Shown here piece after piece: positions 48,903-64,000 of a stretch of DNA of 64,000 nucleotides; position 1 is the first letter of the stretch, and each line of letters opens with the position of its first letter. The position numbers and the translations under genes are program-made. The stretch is from Schmidtea polychroa (taxonomy: Eukaryota): positions 74,028,001-74,092,000 of the forward strand of contig CM097887.1 in assembly GCA_044892525.1 (NCBI GenBank), read 5' to 3'. A model generated the notes under the pieces. The model saw nothing but the letters and a program-made list of their open reading frames with translations, was not told the DNA's origin and did not search any database.

Positions 48903-51900
48903 ATGAACATTTTTGGCACAGCCTTTCTGTTGGTGCTGTTGTCGATTATCACTAATGCAGGTAAATTGCTTTATAAATTTCATGAAAAACAAATAAAAAA
49001 ATATTTTTTCTTTCGTTCTAGCAAGAACGCCACAATTTATCAATCCTTGTTCAACGAAATGCTCATTTGAGGAAGATAGAATTTTCAAATCCGGACAAAA
49101 GTACGTCTACTCATATGAAGGAGAATCAAATATCAAAACGACAAAAGGATCATACGAAACGACAGGCGTCAAGATAAAGTCCAAAGTTACAATTACCGGC
49201 TTGTCAAATTGTGAAATGAAACTCTCAGTAAGTATTCATCATTATTTTTAAGGAATAAATAATAATTTTTTTATAACTTGCACGTTTTGCTTATCATGAG
49301 CAACGAAACGGAAATATAAAACTATGAGCCACTTTGAATTTAAGTTGGAATTTATGCCAGTAAAATTCAGTTTGGCTAGATGCTACTAGACTCATTATAT
49401 AATAAAAAACTCAAAAAACTTAATTTTAAAATTCATTTTCCTAGTTATCCGACGTACAAATCTTCGATAAAACGTCTGGCGACGGAAATCAATTCAAAGA
49501 ATCACCGAATAGCAACAAATTCAAATCGGCATTGGAACTGAATGATGTCTTTTTCACCAAAGAATCCAATGAAGTCAAATCCGTGTGCATGGATAGCGAA
49601 GAACCCCTTTGGTCTGAAAATATCAAAAAAGCAATTTTAGACAGTCTGGCCAACCAAGGAATCCAAACGAAACATAACACTTACAAGGTATTATTATATT
49701 TTTGTATTGAAAGCATTTCCAATAATATACAATCAAGGTTTGAGAGACTGAATATAAGCTTTTTCATCTTTTAGCGTGACCTTGACAATTAATATTGTTT
49801 TACTTTAATTTGATTATATTAATTTTATATTATAATTATTAATTATTTAGTTATGAAAAGGTTATAAACAATTAATTGACATATAATTAAGCTCAAATTT
49901 ATCCTAAATAGTTAATAATTAAAACAAAATTAATTTAATCAAATGGAAATAAAACACCTAAATGAAAAATTGACTCTTTTCTATTTCAAGTTCATGTTGA
50001 TAATATAAATTTATAATTTTAAAAACAATAAATAATTCATTTAATAATAATAATATCGACACCCAAAATATTTTTTTAAATAAGTAAAATAAAAATCAAA
50101 CTTCAAAGATAGAAAGATTGAAGCAAATTAAGGGGATTCGACCTGACTAAATACTTATCCTAATTAAGTTAACCTTCAAAGATCTATGAAATATTAATTT
50201 CTACTATTTACAAGCCAAACTTGCTATCAGTTTTATGAAAAAAACGATTAGAAAAATGTCATTCTTCTCCTGTTTAATGTTCACCAGTAAATTTTTGGGA
50301 CATAATCCTTTCGACGCGTTTCAACATAACTCATAAATTAAGTTTATTTCATGCTTCACTACTTTCTGTTGAATCATTGTCATATTCACGCTTAGTCATT
50401 TCTTACTTCAGATTGCTTATGAAATTCTTTTCAAAACTGTTTTCTTTATCATTGCAGAATGTCTTAGTTCGTTCTTCAGCCTTTCCCAAATTTTGCCAAA
50501 GATTGGCAGTGTTTGGTCTGATTCAATACTTCACACTTATGTCCTTTAAAACCTTAACATATTGAATAAATTTCAACTTCTCTTCAAAATTAAGAGTTTT
50601 CTATTGTTAGATTGAAAGAATACTTTTTATTGACATGTAACTATTGTCACAAATTTGCTTAACATTTTATTTTAAAATATGCCAAATTAAGGGGCTCGTA
50701 AAAAAGTCGTTTTTACCTGTAATGACGAACGAGGTCCCATTTATATTAATTTTGTATTTTTTGAATATTCCATGTTCAAATTTTAAATATTTAACATTAA
50801 AATAAAAATTATTAATTGATAAAATTTGTATTTATTTCTATTAAACATTCAACAATATTTTATTGACTATAATAAGTAGATAATTTAAGTAAAATATATT
50901 TTATGTAAAGTCAGTGCATATTGAAAATATTATTTGAAAATTTTTTTATTTTTAAATTTAATATTTTAATTTTTTGTCTTCCATCAATGTAAATTTTCAC
51001 TTGAAATTATTTTAATGTTATTAAAATAAAAAATTGATAGAATAAAACGGTTTGTTTTTAAATGCTTTTATGTTGTCCAAAATCCAAAAATAAATTGATT
51101 TTTTAAAATTTAAAATTGTAAAAACTCTTTTTTAATCATGATGATCGTAGAAGAAATGCAATAAAATGGCACCTCTATTAAATTTATCAAACATTATGCA
51201 TTAAAACAAATTTATTATCGCTTTTAGAAAACAAGTCATGGAAAATGTTTCATCACTTCTTATGAAAAATCACCGAAAGAAGACGCAAGTACAAACTCTG
51301 TCAACTTCCAATACGATTTACAAACCTGTGACAATAAGCAGATCTCGAATTCCATATTCAGTGACATCACTCGATTTGTAATATTCAACACCTCTCAAGT
51401 CTCTTGCAAATATCTTTACAAAGACCAGTCAGACTTGGTTTCAATCCGATGTCAAGAAGAATACAAAACCGCCACGATTAAAACAAATGATAACCAAATA
51501 GTCGTAGAAATAACAACAAATATTTATAAAGAAAATCAACTACCGACTTCAGACCGAAAATTTCCAAGTAAATTATTAAAGATTCTAAATTAGATGAAAG
51601 TAATGTTGCAAACCTTTAGATAAAAATCTAATTGAAACTTCCATTGAACAAACTGAAGATGAAGTCGAAGCTGAAGAGTCAACATATCCGGCTGTTAAAA
51701 AAACCCTAAAAGAAATTTGCGCCCAGTATAAATCATTAGAATCGTCCAAGATTCCGAAACTATTCATGGACTTGGTAAATCAATTAAAGAGCTTGAATTC
51801 AAAGGAGTTTAAAGAACTGTATCTGGACATTCAAAAATCCGATATCTGTCCCGAAAAAGCCACGGAAATAAAGTGAAATATTTGATTTTTCTTCGAGAAA

Positions 51901-54900
51901 TTAATTTCTTTTATTTAGATCGGTTTTCTACGACGCTTCCGGATTCGTAAACACTCAATCTTCGATATCAGTTATGGTCGATCTAATAAAAACTTCTCAA
52001 ATTTCACTATTTGATCAGAACATTTGGCTAACATCCTTGTCTTTCATGCAAGAAGCTCCGACAATTGAAACATTGAAAGAACTCGAAACAATTGTTTCCG
52101 TTGCAAATCCCAACACTCCATTGTTTCTCAGTCTGGGTTCGCTGACTCATCTTTATTGCAAAGAAGATCCGAAATCGTGTCTAACTGATCCAACTATTGC
52201 CAGTATAGTTTCAAAATTTCTTCACAATCTTAATGAAGATTGCTCGATTCCTAAGGATGCAACCGATGATCACGTCACCAAAATACAAATATCTCTCAAA
52301 GGTCTTGGTAATCTAAAATACTACCCAGCGAACGTTATTAAAACTCTTAACAAATGCATAACCAAGGACACTAATAAGCTATCAATCAGAATCAGTGCAT
52401 TGGAGGTCATGAAACATATGGACTGCAAACAAGACGTAATTTTTTTCTTCATGAGTTTATTCTCAGTTTAATCCATTTACGGATAAATATACCCTATAGT
52501 AATAAAACATATTTAACATCGAATCACAACTCATTGACTTAACAAAAATGTATCAATGTAGATAATTTATAGCGGCATTGACTTTCCAAATTATTTTTTA
52601 TCAAATTATAAACTGAAATAATTAAAGCCATCAATTAAACAAATGCATTTTACGAACACTTACGAACAAAAACAACATTTTTAAAATAGCCATTTGGAGA
52701 AATTGAATAAATTATGCAACATCGATAGTGAAAACTTAATTTTCAGATAGCATTGAAATATAAATGTCATGTTGTCGATTAAAAATAAAAGTTAAGGTAA
52801 ACTTTCAATTTTACTTATGCCGATTAAAATTTCAACTGTAGGTCTAAAAATATTTTTTTATTATTATAAATCTTAACTAAAGTCTTTATAAACGTTAAAG
52901 GATTAAACTGAAGTGCAAACATTAAATTAATTTTGTAAATAAATTAAATTCATTTATTTTAGCGAACAAATGCCTTGAATATTTTGCTCAATAACGAAAA
53001 TGACTCAGAACTGAGAATCAACGCCTATTTAACTGTAATGGGCTGTTCCGATATCAATACTCTTTTCAAAGTCCGAGAGGTATTATCCAAAGAGAAGGTC
53101 AATCAAGTAGGGTCATTCATTTGGACACATCTTACAAACATCAAAGAATCAAATGACCAGTTAAAAGTTAACATAAGAGAATTGTTAGACAATGTCGATT
53201 TAAAGAAAGAGTTTGACATTAGTAAATTGAAGTTCTCCAGAAACATTGAAAAAACCTTCGAGACAGTCAATTACGGAGTTAATTTCGATTCCAATGTTAT
53301 TTTTTCAGAAAAGTCTTTTGTACCTCGATCAGTGTCATTAAATACAACTGCATCAATATTTTCTAAATCGACAAATTTCCTTGAAATGTCTGCACGACTT
53401 GAAGGTTTGGAAGATCTTCTTTTCAAGTTACTCGGACCAGAAGGCTATCTAAAGAAAGCAAAAGGTATTCAAGATAACCTAGAGTTAATTAATATACTGA
53501 ATGAGATGAGTGGTAGTGTAAACATCAAACTGTTTGGAAATCAAGTCTCATTCATTGAACTAATACGAGGAACATTAACTTCAATCAAAAAATACAATAT
53601 CATTGAAGAAATAATGTATTGGACTCAAGATAAAAGTTTCGATTTCAACAAGAATATACAACTCGTAGATAAGACTGTAGTCATTCCGACATTATTGGGA
53701 TTTCCATTGAAATTCAAGTTACAAGGGTCAGCAGCGATAAACATAAAGATTAAATCCAAATTTGACGTAGCTGGATTGGTTAGTTGGCCAATATCCATGA
53801 ATATAGACAATTATATTTCTCCAAATATCAACGCAGAACTTCATACGGAAATTGTTTATCAAACACCTTTCACGAGCTACGGAATGAGAATGAAGTTGAA
53901 ATCAGGAACAAATACAGAATTCAAGGCAACAATATTCACCAACAAAAACGAAGAATTATCTTTAAAATTTGACAGTCCCAAAACTGTTCAGAATATTTTT
54001 TCAGTAGAAGGAAACGCATATGTAATACATAGAGATAAAGAAATTATTCAATTACAGGATAAATTAAAAGAAACCAAATTGTGCACATCAGAAATGACGG
54101 TGAGGCTTTTGGGAATAAGAGTCTGTGGAGAAGCCAAATTACTGGATCCTTCAATTCGTAAAGATACACTTCTTTTTGGACCATTTGCCGCAAAAATATT
54201 CATTGCAAAGATAGACACTCAAACTGAATACATTCTTCAAGCCTCGGCGAAAACCTCGGCATTCATTTCACAAACGGGAAAAGTATACACCAACCGCCAT
54301 ATTAAATTCGAAATCAACACACCTAATTCAAGGTATTACGATCGAAGGTTTTATGGAGAACTTATGATGGACTTCAAACAAAAAGACTTCAAATTAGAAC
54401 TCGTTACACCATGGACCGACGCACTTGTTTCTGCAAGACTAAAACTAACTGACGATGAAAGAAAAATTGCTTTCAATTTTAAAGCCAACAAACAAAACAT
54501 CATTGACATTTCGGCAGACCATTTGGTATTTTCATCATCAAAAAGATCCAATACCAAAGGAGGAATTTCAATTCGAATCTTGAATTCGACACCGATTAAA
54601 AACAGATGGAATTTGGAAGTGACTAACGACGAATACTCATTCAATTTTATATCGAAAGGCTTATTAAAGGAAGACACTCACTTAAAAATCAAAGTCTTAC
54701 GAAAAAATTCCTCAAGAAACTTGTCTCCGTTTAATACGTACGAAATTTCAGGATTCTATAATACCTATTTTGGAAATGGAAAGATTTCAGGAAGAACGAG
54801 TGAAAACTACTATGGACATCGATGGGATATTAAAATAAACCACAGGAATAAACAACTGAAAGAGTACCAAATCATATTTCGACACAAAACTGAAGATAAA

Positions 54901-57900
54901 AGCTCAAAAAACCTCAACAAATACATTTTAACTACGACCTTTAATTACGGAGAAAAGGCGGAAAACTTTATAAATTTCAAAACCGAAAACGAATTATCTG
55001 ACAAACATATTCGAACATCACTGAAAGCCAGTTATGGTGGGAGAGAAACACCAAATAACAAGGCGTACGAAGAAGAAATGAGTATGAAACTATATGGAGG
55101 TTACACTTGGAAAAGCGATGCCATATATTACGCCGAAGGCAGTCTCAGTTTTAAATTACCGTCGAAAAATCTTAATTATGAAGGTCGTTATGTAAGCGAA
55201 ATTGGCAAGAGAGTATTTAAATTATCATTGGATCTTGATAAAGACCAACAATCAAAAATCAACCTAAAAATCAACTATCTCCAGCCAAAACTTTACTTGA
55301 AGGATACAGATTTCGATGTCGTGTTTTCTCTGCCATACCATAACTTTGACCTCAAATGGAAACTGATGGAAATTGATGTTAACAAATACACTTACACCCT
55401 CGACAGTAAATACAACACATATGACATGAAAATCGACGGAGTTCACACTCAAATTTCAAGACTAGATCACGACTCCTATGTATCCATAAAATTGCCTCGA
55501 ATCCAAGGATTTCCTACAGATGTCAAAGTAAAATTGAGAGTCAATCTAGTTGACATGGCGAAAGCTAAAATCCAAGGAGGAATAGAAATTCCAAACACAG
55601 ATTATAAATATTCCTTCGACAGTGAGCTTTCATACATTCCAAATAACCTCTTCAAGATCTCGAAATCCGAAATAAATTCCGTCCTCAAATACAATATTGA
55701 AATTTCCAGTAAACAAAGACTATTGAAATCTAAATTCATCTTCACTTGTTCTCCAGAAGAGTTTAGAACTCTCTTCAATGTCGATTTCAATCGAAACGGC
55801 AACACTGATGATCAACTCGAGTTTGACATTCAAGCTTTGCACAAAAATCCAGTTTATAAACAATTTGACAACGTCGCCCGTTTAGCAGTCCGATACCCAG
55901 GAAATCGACATTCGATCGGGTTTAAATCCGAATTCAAATACAGCGAAATGCTCGCTCAAATAGACCTGATCTGGAATAAGAACCAACGAATTTCTATTAC
56001 GTCGACATATGAATTGGATAACAGTTGGACACAGAAAGGTTTGACGGCCTCTTTAACAGTGAAAACTCCATTCGTCGGTTACGAACAAATACATTTCGGA
56101 ATCAATGCTTTTGGACAACTTCGTTACAGAAAGATCAATTTTGAATGCAAATGGGCTGACAATAAAAAGTTAATGTTTGACATTGTTATTCAACCAAGGA
56201 GTTCGAGCGATTTCTCACTAAATGCCAAGCTGACCAGTCCTTTTAAAGGATTTAATTTGGTAACATTTCAAGCTAAACATATCCACACTTCTAACTCGAT
56301 TAACACTCAATGTGTCGTTGAAATCGGACCAGTGAAACGATACCAAATAAAGTTCGAAGCAATCAACAACAGTGAAGATAAAAACCGAGACCTTATGTCA
56401 AATATTCTAATTGAGAGTGGGATCTATCCTTCATTCAAAATGTCTCTTTTGCATAAAGACGATTCAGTACATTACAAGAGTCAGTTCGATGTCCTTTGGA
56501 TGAAGACCCAATCTATCAATGTCAAAAGCGATATTTCATTTAATCTAGAAGAATACGAATTGAAAACAAAAGGAAATGTCGAATTATTCTCCTCCATTAA
56601 GGTAGCGAAACAAATGAAAATTGTTTGGTCATTAGAGAATCAAGACAGTCAATTTTTACACAATGTCCAAATGTTCCATAATAACAAAAACCTTTTCCAA
56701 ACAACAATCAAAGGATTCTATGAAACCGAAGGTGACAAGTTAAAAATGGAATTCAATGGAGTTGCATCGGTTATGAACGGCAGATCCATGAAGATTGCCA
56801 ATGTTTTCATCTATAGTGTTTCTTCTATTCAAAATCAGTTCTCCATCAGTCAAGAAACAAACACCATTTACTCTCACAATTTCAACATCAATTCAAAGAA
56901 TCTAAAACTGAAACTTTTCATTCCAAACATCAAATCGAAAACCGTGGAATTCGAATACAAAATAAACAAGAAAGAAGGGGAAGTTGAAAGTCAAATTTTC
57001 GTGAAAATAAATGAAAAGCATTTATTCCACATTGAGACTGAAGAGAAATATCGGCAGTTAGACAACAAGGAAATGAAAATAAAACATATCTTGAAATTCA
57101 TGTCGGATAATACATTCATCAAGAATTTTGAAACGGAAACCGAGATTAAAACAAAACCTCAATTTTTCAAAGTGGACTTCAAACTGAAATCGGACAACCT
57201 CGTCACGTTAACGGTGACCGCGGAAGCGTTCAAAGAATCCCATAAAAAGAAAATCCTACTTATTATCGACTCAAAATCCGAATCCCCAAAACAACTGAAA
57301 TTTGACTGGGAACATATTTATAAAGATTCCGATAGTTCATTTACTAATAGTTTGGACTGTAGTATGAATAAAATTTTACACTTCAACTCGAAGATCAATC
57401 TCAAGAGTTTTGAACTGATAAAAATCGACATCATGCTAAAAAAGCGAGATATTCTGAAATACTTTAAGCTAAAGCATTCCCAACATTTACTGGGATATGA
57501 AGATCAAATAGATACGAACCTATTCAACAAAAGGTTCGAATTCACAAACACAATAATATCAAGAGGAGGAATTTCAATTCAATTCAAACTGCATACCGAC
57601 CTACTTTTCTTTAAGTCAATTGAAATCTTCGGCAGATTCAGCAAAGCGCACGAAATAAAAGTATACTACCAACTACAAAGAGACTTGAATAAAATCGAAA
57701 AGATCAAAGTGATTTTCTCCAATTTACATGGAATCCAAAAGCTAACTGTCGAGACCACAACACTTTTCAAACTCGAATTCAATCTCGACAGAAAACAATT
57801 CAAAACTATTCTGTTCGACTTCAAGTTCCTTCCAAACTCAAACGAATCGGCAATGAAATTCAAATTCAACTATGACGGCGACAGAAATGCTTTGAAGCAT

Positions 57901-60900
57901 TCAAGCGAATTGAAACTAAATATTGGAAATAGAAAATTCCAAATCGAAAACAAAGTTGAAAAAGTCAAATGGAGCTATTTACTCTTTGAAACTGAAATCA
58001 AGACCAACGACCTTAACTTTAAAAACTACCGAACCGGTTTCCAATACAATATCCGACCATCCAAATACTCGACAGATATCAAGCTGTTTTTCAACGATAA
58101 ATTCATCAAATTGTCTTCGGAATTGGACTCAAGTTTTGGGTCAAAAGTCGAATTGAAAATCGAAACCTCCTTTGAAGTTCTTAAAGAAGTCTCGTTTGAA
58201 TTGAAACACAAACAGAACTTGGCAATAACCCAAGTGAATCACAAGTGTAAAACTGTTATTAAATCCTACGATAATTTCTTGAGATTAGAAAGTGATATCG
58301 AATGGAGTGGATTCAATTACATCAAAGTCGAATCAACTTTCGAAGGAAAAGTTTCAGACAATCGTTACACAATCGAACCAAAATCATTGAAATTTCTTCA
58401 TCAGTATCACAAAAGTGTTATGAAAGACAGTTTCCAACTGACCTTATCTAAGAACAGACATCTCAAATTCATTCTCGAAGTACCATTGAATAGGAAATCC
58501 AAATCCTTATTCGAATTCGAATCTTCTTTTCAAAATTTCAAACAATTAACAATTGATTTCAATATCAACTTCTCTGAAAGTGAAGAAAAGTCACTCGCCT
58601 TAAAGATCGTTAGAAACAATGAAATAGCTATTAATATGGAATCTAAATTGAAACATCAAGATAAACTCGTCCTCATGACTCTGGACCTAGAAACTGCGAG
58701 GAACTTTAAATCTGGACTATCAATTGAATTTGTTGAAAATACTTTCGGAACGAAAGCTGTCAAAGTGACATTTACCAGCTCTTTATTAACAGAATCTATA
58801 GTTTTGAAAACAAACGTCAACATTCAGAAAAAAGAAATCTCTCTGTCTCTCACTGGAGCAATAGATCAGCAAGCATCATTTTATGGAAAAGTGTCTAAAA
58901 ATCAAAATCATATACAAATCAAATACGGAAAACACAACTTTAATTTTGAGAGTTTGATGGACAAGATTGACGGATTAAAACTTATAAAAGTCTCATTATC
59001 ATCTATTGTCCAATTCAACACGGAACTAACTCGTTCCTCCACCTACTTGGGATTAAAAGGTGACTTTGATAATCATTCTCTTCAAATGTCCTATAACTAC
59101 AAAGGAGAACTCAAATTCGAATTTAACATCAAACAAATATTCGGTGCCATAAAAATAAATCAGATTATATCAGAATCCAACATCATTTACAAACTTGAAG
59201 GAAAATCCAACATTGCAGAATGGACAACAATGTATTCCGAATTGGATATCACCAAATCCTCCAAAATTGTCACAATGGTATTCTACATTAAAAAAGAAAA
59301 CAAAAATATATTAAAGTTGAATTTTGAACAAATGTTTTCCCAATCAATTACTTTCACTTATTCATCGATTCACAAAATGTTCCAAACTGGAAAACTTGAA
59401 ATAAACTACGAACAATTTCCCAAAAAATTGACAATGAAGTTCGATGGGAAAAATTCCATATCACAGCCAATAACTGCCAAATACGATTTAGAAGACAACT
59501 CTTTCTCCGGGGAAATTACTAGCCCATTCGAATGGCTAAGATCGGGTTCGATCAAAGGTCAACTGACCAAGTCCATCGATGAAGTTAAAGGCCAATTCGA
59601 CATCAATCACAATAAATTAAAAAAACCAATCAATGGGGAAATAACAATTCAAAGAAAATTTAATTTGTTTAAAATTGAACTCAAAACTCCATTTTTGTAT
59701 CCATTCAACCAATTGAGTTTTCGAAATGAAAGATCTGATTCAATTTTAATAATCGAACTAAATGATGCCCAAGATCAACTATTTTATTACAAACTAAAGA
59801 CCTACTCAAAAGCGAAATATGACTTCGATACATCCATAACAATACCGAGACTTTTATCAGAATTCAAATTGAGTTGTTCATCCAATTTTGATTTTGAGAA
59901 TCCAACAAAATCTATCAAAATCCTCGTAAAATCAAACCGATTCTCTGACACTAATCTCAGTGCCACCTACAACCTCAATCAAGATGAATACAAAATCCAA
60001 TTTTCCCACCCTAAAACAGAAGGCCGTTTCGAATTGAAAATTTCTCAATATCAAGAGTCCGGAAAACAAATCGAATTTTTATCCCAAATCGGCGACACGA
60101 AACACGAAGCCGAAATTGCCTACCAGATCAAAGATCCCAATGATATATTTATCAAATCGACTGTCAGATGCATTTCACATTTTTCGTCTCCAGCTAGTTT
60201 AGAACTCAACTACAAACACAAATTGAACATGCCAAACAATTTCAATATCGACACCCAGCTTCGATTTAATGACAAAACCGTTTTTTACAAAGCGATCTCA
60301 TGGAAACTCCAACCCGATTACAGTTTCGATTTTGTGGGAAAAATAATCGTTTCACCCCAGACAAAAGAGTACGAAAACAAAATCGAATTATCTAACAAAC
60401 GAGGAGAAATAATGGAATTGATAATTTCTGCCACTGAAATTCTGCGAGATGAAATTAAAGTTCGTGTCGTTCGAAAGGAAGACAATTTTGAAATCTTATT
60501 GAAAACTCCATTTGAATATGCAAAATCTGTTAATTTCAATATCCAAAAAGAACTGAAACCGAACTCATGGACTCAAAAAATGACTTTCTCTACGAATACT
60601 CTGGGAAAATATGAGTTGCTCTCTGAATACAAATTTTTAACAAATACCGATATCGAAATATCCAATCAAATTAATACTCCAACAACCAATCGAAAAGCTT
60701 ATATTCAAATCAATTTAAAAAATTTAGACAACGATCAATTGCTGACTGGATTAGTAGAAGTTCTCGGTGAAACTTATCAGTTGAGTTTATCAAGACTAAA
60801 CCAACACTTACAAATCAAAATAAATTCTCCATTTGAATATCTGAAAAAACTCGAATTGTCAATAAAAGATAAATCAAATTTCTATGAACTGGAAGGATTT

Positions 60901-63900
60901 TACAATCAATATCAAATGAAAATCATCGTTTCTCAGAATCAAGAAAATTCCGCATTAACAGTCCAATCAAATACCGAATATTTCAAGGTCATTTCGCTAT
61001 TGATCGAAAATTCCATGAGCGATAATTTAGACAAATCCATAAAGATCAAATTCAAAATGGATGAAAAATATTTCAAAACCGATTTTAAAGTCAATCGCAA
61101 TAAAAGATCTTTGATATTCAATTCAGAAAATGACTTAATAAATTACTTACCGAAAGCTTTCTCAGGAAGTATTCAATTATCTTTGGCACCAATCGACATG
61201 AGAGTGGAACTGAAAATCAACGACAATAGACCTCTAAATTTCATTTTCAACCGAGATCAATTTCTAATCAGTTTGAAAAGAAACTCCAAAAGCGTAATAT
61301 CAATTGAAATTTCAAAAAAAATCAAAAATCAACTCGACGCCAAATTCCAACTTGACAACGATGAATATTCAATGAGAACTGTTGTCGACAATTCACAAGA
61401 AAATTTTATGTTTTCAATAATCGCGTTGAAAAACAAAGTTAACAAACTAATCGAATTCAACAGTGAAATCGGCAAAAGAAACGGAAACCTAAATGTAAAA
61501 ATGGAATATTTATCCAATACGGTTTTCAAATTCAAATTCACCAATGAAAATCTACCCAACCGAAAAATTTCAATAGAAATGAGATTATTTTCTTTCAGTG
61601 GAGTTACTGATCTGATTGTCCAGCGAAAACCATCGGAAATCAATTTGAAATTTTCATGGAATCTTCTTTTCAAAGAACAACAATTACACATTGGATCGAT
61701 AATATATGCAATCAAATCATCAACACCAATAAATTACCTAGTCATTATGAACTTGCAAAAGGTTTCATATGAAATACAATTTGTCGAATCAGAAAACGGC
61801 GAATTCCAATTTAAAATCTCTTGTCCAATCAAATCTCTTGATTTCGAAGCGAAATATCAACTGGAAAAGAAACCCAATAGTTATGGATTGTGGCTGACAT
61901 GGAGAAATAGTCTGATTGGAGAGTACACCATAAAATCTCAAATGAAATTTAATAATGATCCAGAAATTAAATTCCTTTTGTCATCAGCTAGACCAATCGT
62001 TCAATTCAAATGGGCTATGATAACGTCTGTTTCCAATGAGATCTCCATCAACACCGAGCTTGGATTACTGGACTGGGAAAAATTGTCTTTCGATTTTCAA
62101 TTATCCACAAAGAAACTAATAAAACTGATAGCCGTTCTTAAAACTCCTTTTAAACCAGTTAAAAATATTCAAATAACGAAAAACATTAAATACACTTCCT
62201 TCTTTGAACACAAATACGAAACAATTATCATATACAATGGCATTACGAATTTCAAATACATTGCCATCCATGAGATCAAATTATCTGAGAAAATCTTTAA
62301 ATTTCAAGGAGGTTTCCACAATGACAATACAAAACTAATAGCGGTTAATATTAGCCATTCCGGAAATCACAAAGAAATGGACCATTCCTTTATATGGCAT
62401 ATCAAAGACCAGAAATTTGGATGGAAATTCAATGGTGGATTTAGACCGTTGTTTGAAGGCAAGAGTGAAATATACACTCCATTCCATGAAACTGGGAAAA
62501 TAGTATTAATGGGCAAGCACATGGGACAAGGAATTATTCTTGAAGCTGGAAATAGAAATCAACGCCTAGGATCATTTGAGTATATAAACGAGAGAGATGT
62601 GCAAATGATGAAAATAACTCCTCCAAAAAATTTCGGAAAACCATTGGCAGTGAAATATACTTCAAAAAGACTAAGAAGAAGCGCTGGCAACGAAATAGAA
62701 ACTGAAGTAACATACGGAGTTGAAAAACTTCTAGAATGGGCCAGTAAATTTGAAATGAAAAACGATGAATACAACGCATTAATCAATTTAAAAATGCCGA
62801 AATTCACTGAAAAGTCAGCAGAACTCTCATTGAAACATAATTATCGTGACAAGACTTGGAACTTTGATCACCAATTTACAATAAAAGATCCAGCATTCAA
62901 AGTTTACCGATTGTTTGGCAATTTATTCATGGAAAGTTTGAGAAATTTAAAAATGTCAATGAACGCAGAACATCCAACTTTCGGTTCAATGCATATGTCT
63001 ATCGGACATTCTTGGACTCCAAACCAATACGGACATCATATTATCATAAAATCTAACGATAAAACCTGGATAACCCACAACGGAAATATGAAATACAATT
63101 TCGACGAATCCTCATTTTCTACTGAATTGAAAACCGGCATGAATTCCAAACACTTTGCTGTCAAAGCGTCCCATTCGGGTACATGGAAAAAATTCCTCCA
63201 AAGTCTCATTGTGGATTACAACGACATTCCACATTTGATTTTCAAAAGCAACGTAATTCCAAATGAACGATCGGAAATCGAGATCAATTTCCCGAAAATA
63301 AATTCAATTAAATTGAAAATGATTATAAATAACAACAAAAATAAAATTGATTTAATCTGTGAGCGCAAATCTGATAAATACGTTTTGGAAGTGACAAGCA
63401 CATTAAAACAATTTGAAATTCAATTGAATTTGAACGAGAAAAATATTGGATCACTATTAATTAAATATGATCAATTAAAGCTATTCGTTGATGGAAAGTA
63501 TCTGAAGAATTTCTGTACCGTTGAAATGGCATTCCAGCAATCAACAATTTCTCTGATAATAAAATCATCCAATAAAATGTTTGAAAAAATACAATTAATG
63601 ATTTCAGCCAATAAAATGAGTTTCGGAATCGATCGGTACGGAACTCCTTACACAATAAAAACCGAGTACGATTATTCTCCAAATAGTGTTCTGATTAAAA
63701 TGAACTCGTCATTTAAACAGTTGTCAAAATTCACTCTTCATCTTCAACCGAATCAAATCAAATTGGAACTCAACGAATTCCACCAACAAATCGACTATAT
63801 TCTCACCCAACACCATGTCAAACTTATTTCCATAAACAACTTCCTACCAATCCGCTATATACTCTGCGAAGTTCTTATTGAAAATCCCAATAATGCCATG

Positions 63901-64000
63901 TGGAAACTGACTGTTGATTCTTTCGACACGGTATCGAAAATAAAATTCACAAACGATAAATTAAGTTTTGAAAATCGAAACAACTATTTCCGTGTCCGGT
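48903..64000 (+). CDS. Second copy of the large lipid transfer protein gene (incomplete; giant exon from 52963 runs off the window)
   Basis: Same exons at +23,753. No stop is seen in the giant exon up to 64000, which explains its absence from the ORF track. Confidence 0.9.

Noticed and set aside
1-64000. CRISPR arrays, rRNA or tRNA genes
   Set aside because: None seen. The only tRNA-like match is the 20-nt PBS.

Overview
AT-rich invertebrate (metazoan) genomic DNA with very short introns (43-61 nt alongside a few longer ones). From left to right: a 4-exon fascin gene (972-2767, +); DNA-transposon debris (pogo/Tigger fragment, a hAT element with TIRs and TSD, a 194-bp palindrome); a complete, apparently very young 14.9-kb Ty3/Gypsy LTR retrotransposon on the minus strand (8790-23738; identical LTRs apart from a TA repeat, TAAT target duplication, tRNA-Trp PBS, PPT); a giant large-lipid-transfer-protein gene (apolipophorin/Apoltp-like, about 5,800 aa, one 15.8-kb exon, 25150-45082); a decayed piggyBac with a nested hAT MITE; and a near-identical tandem second copy of the lipoprotein gene that runs off the window. 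The standout is the retroelement. Its coding region 22533-10186 is one reading frame of 4,116 codons with no frameshift and four internal stops. The order is Gag (4 CCHC knuckles), a ubiquitin-like domain, an unknown region, a chuvirus/gB-type class III fusion glycoprotein placed in frame BETWEEN gag and protease, PR-RT-RNaseH-integrase, then a second type I membrane protein, then a UGA in the TMV-type readthrough context CAA-UUA-CAG, then a membrane-anchored, catalytically degenerate ISG20/REX4-like DEDDh exonuclease. All domain calls are by-eye motif recognition; no searches were run.
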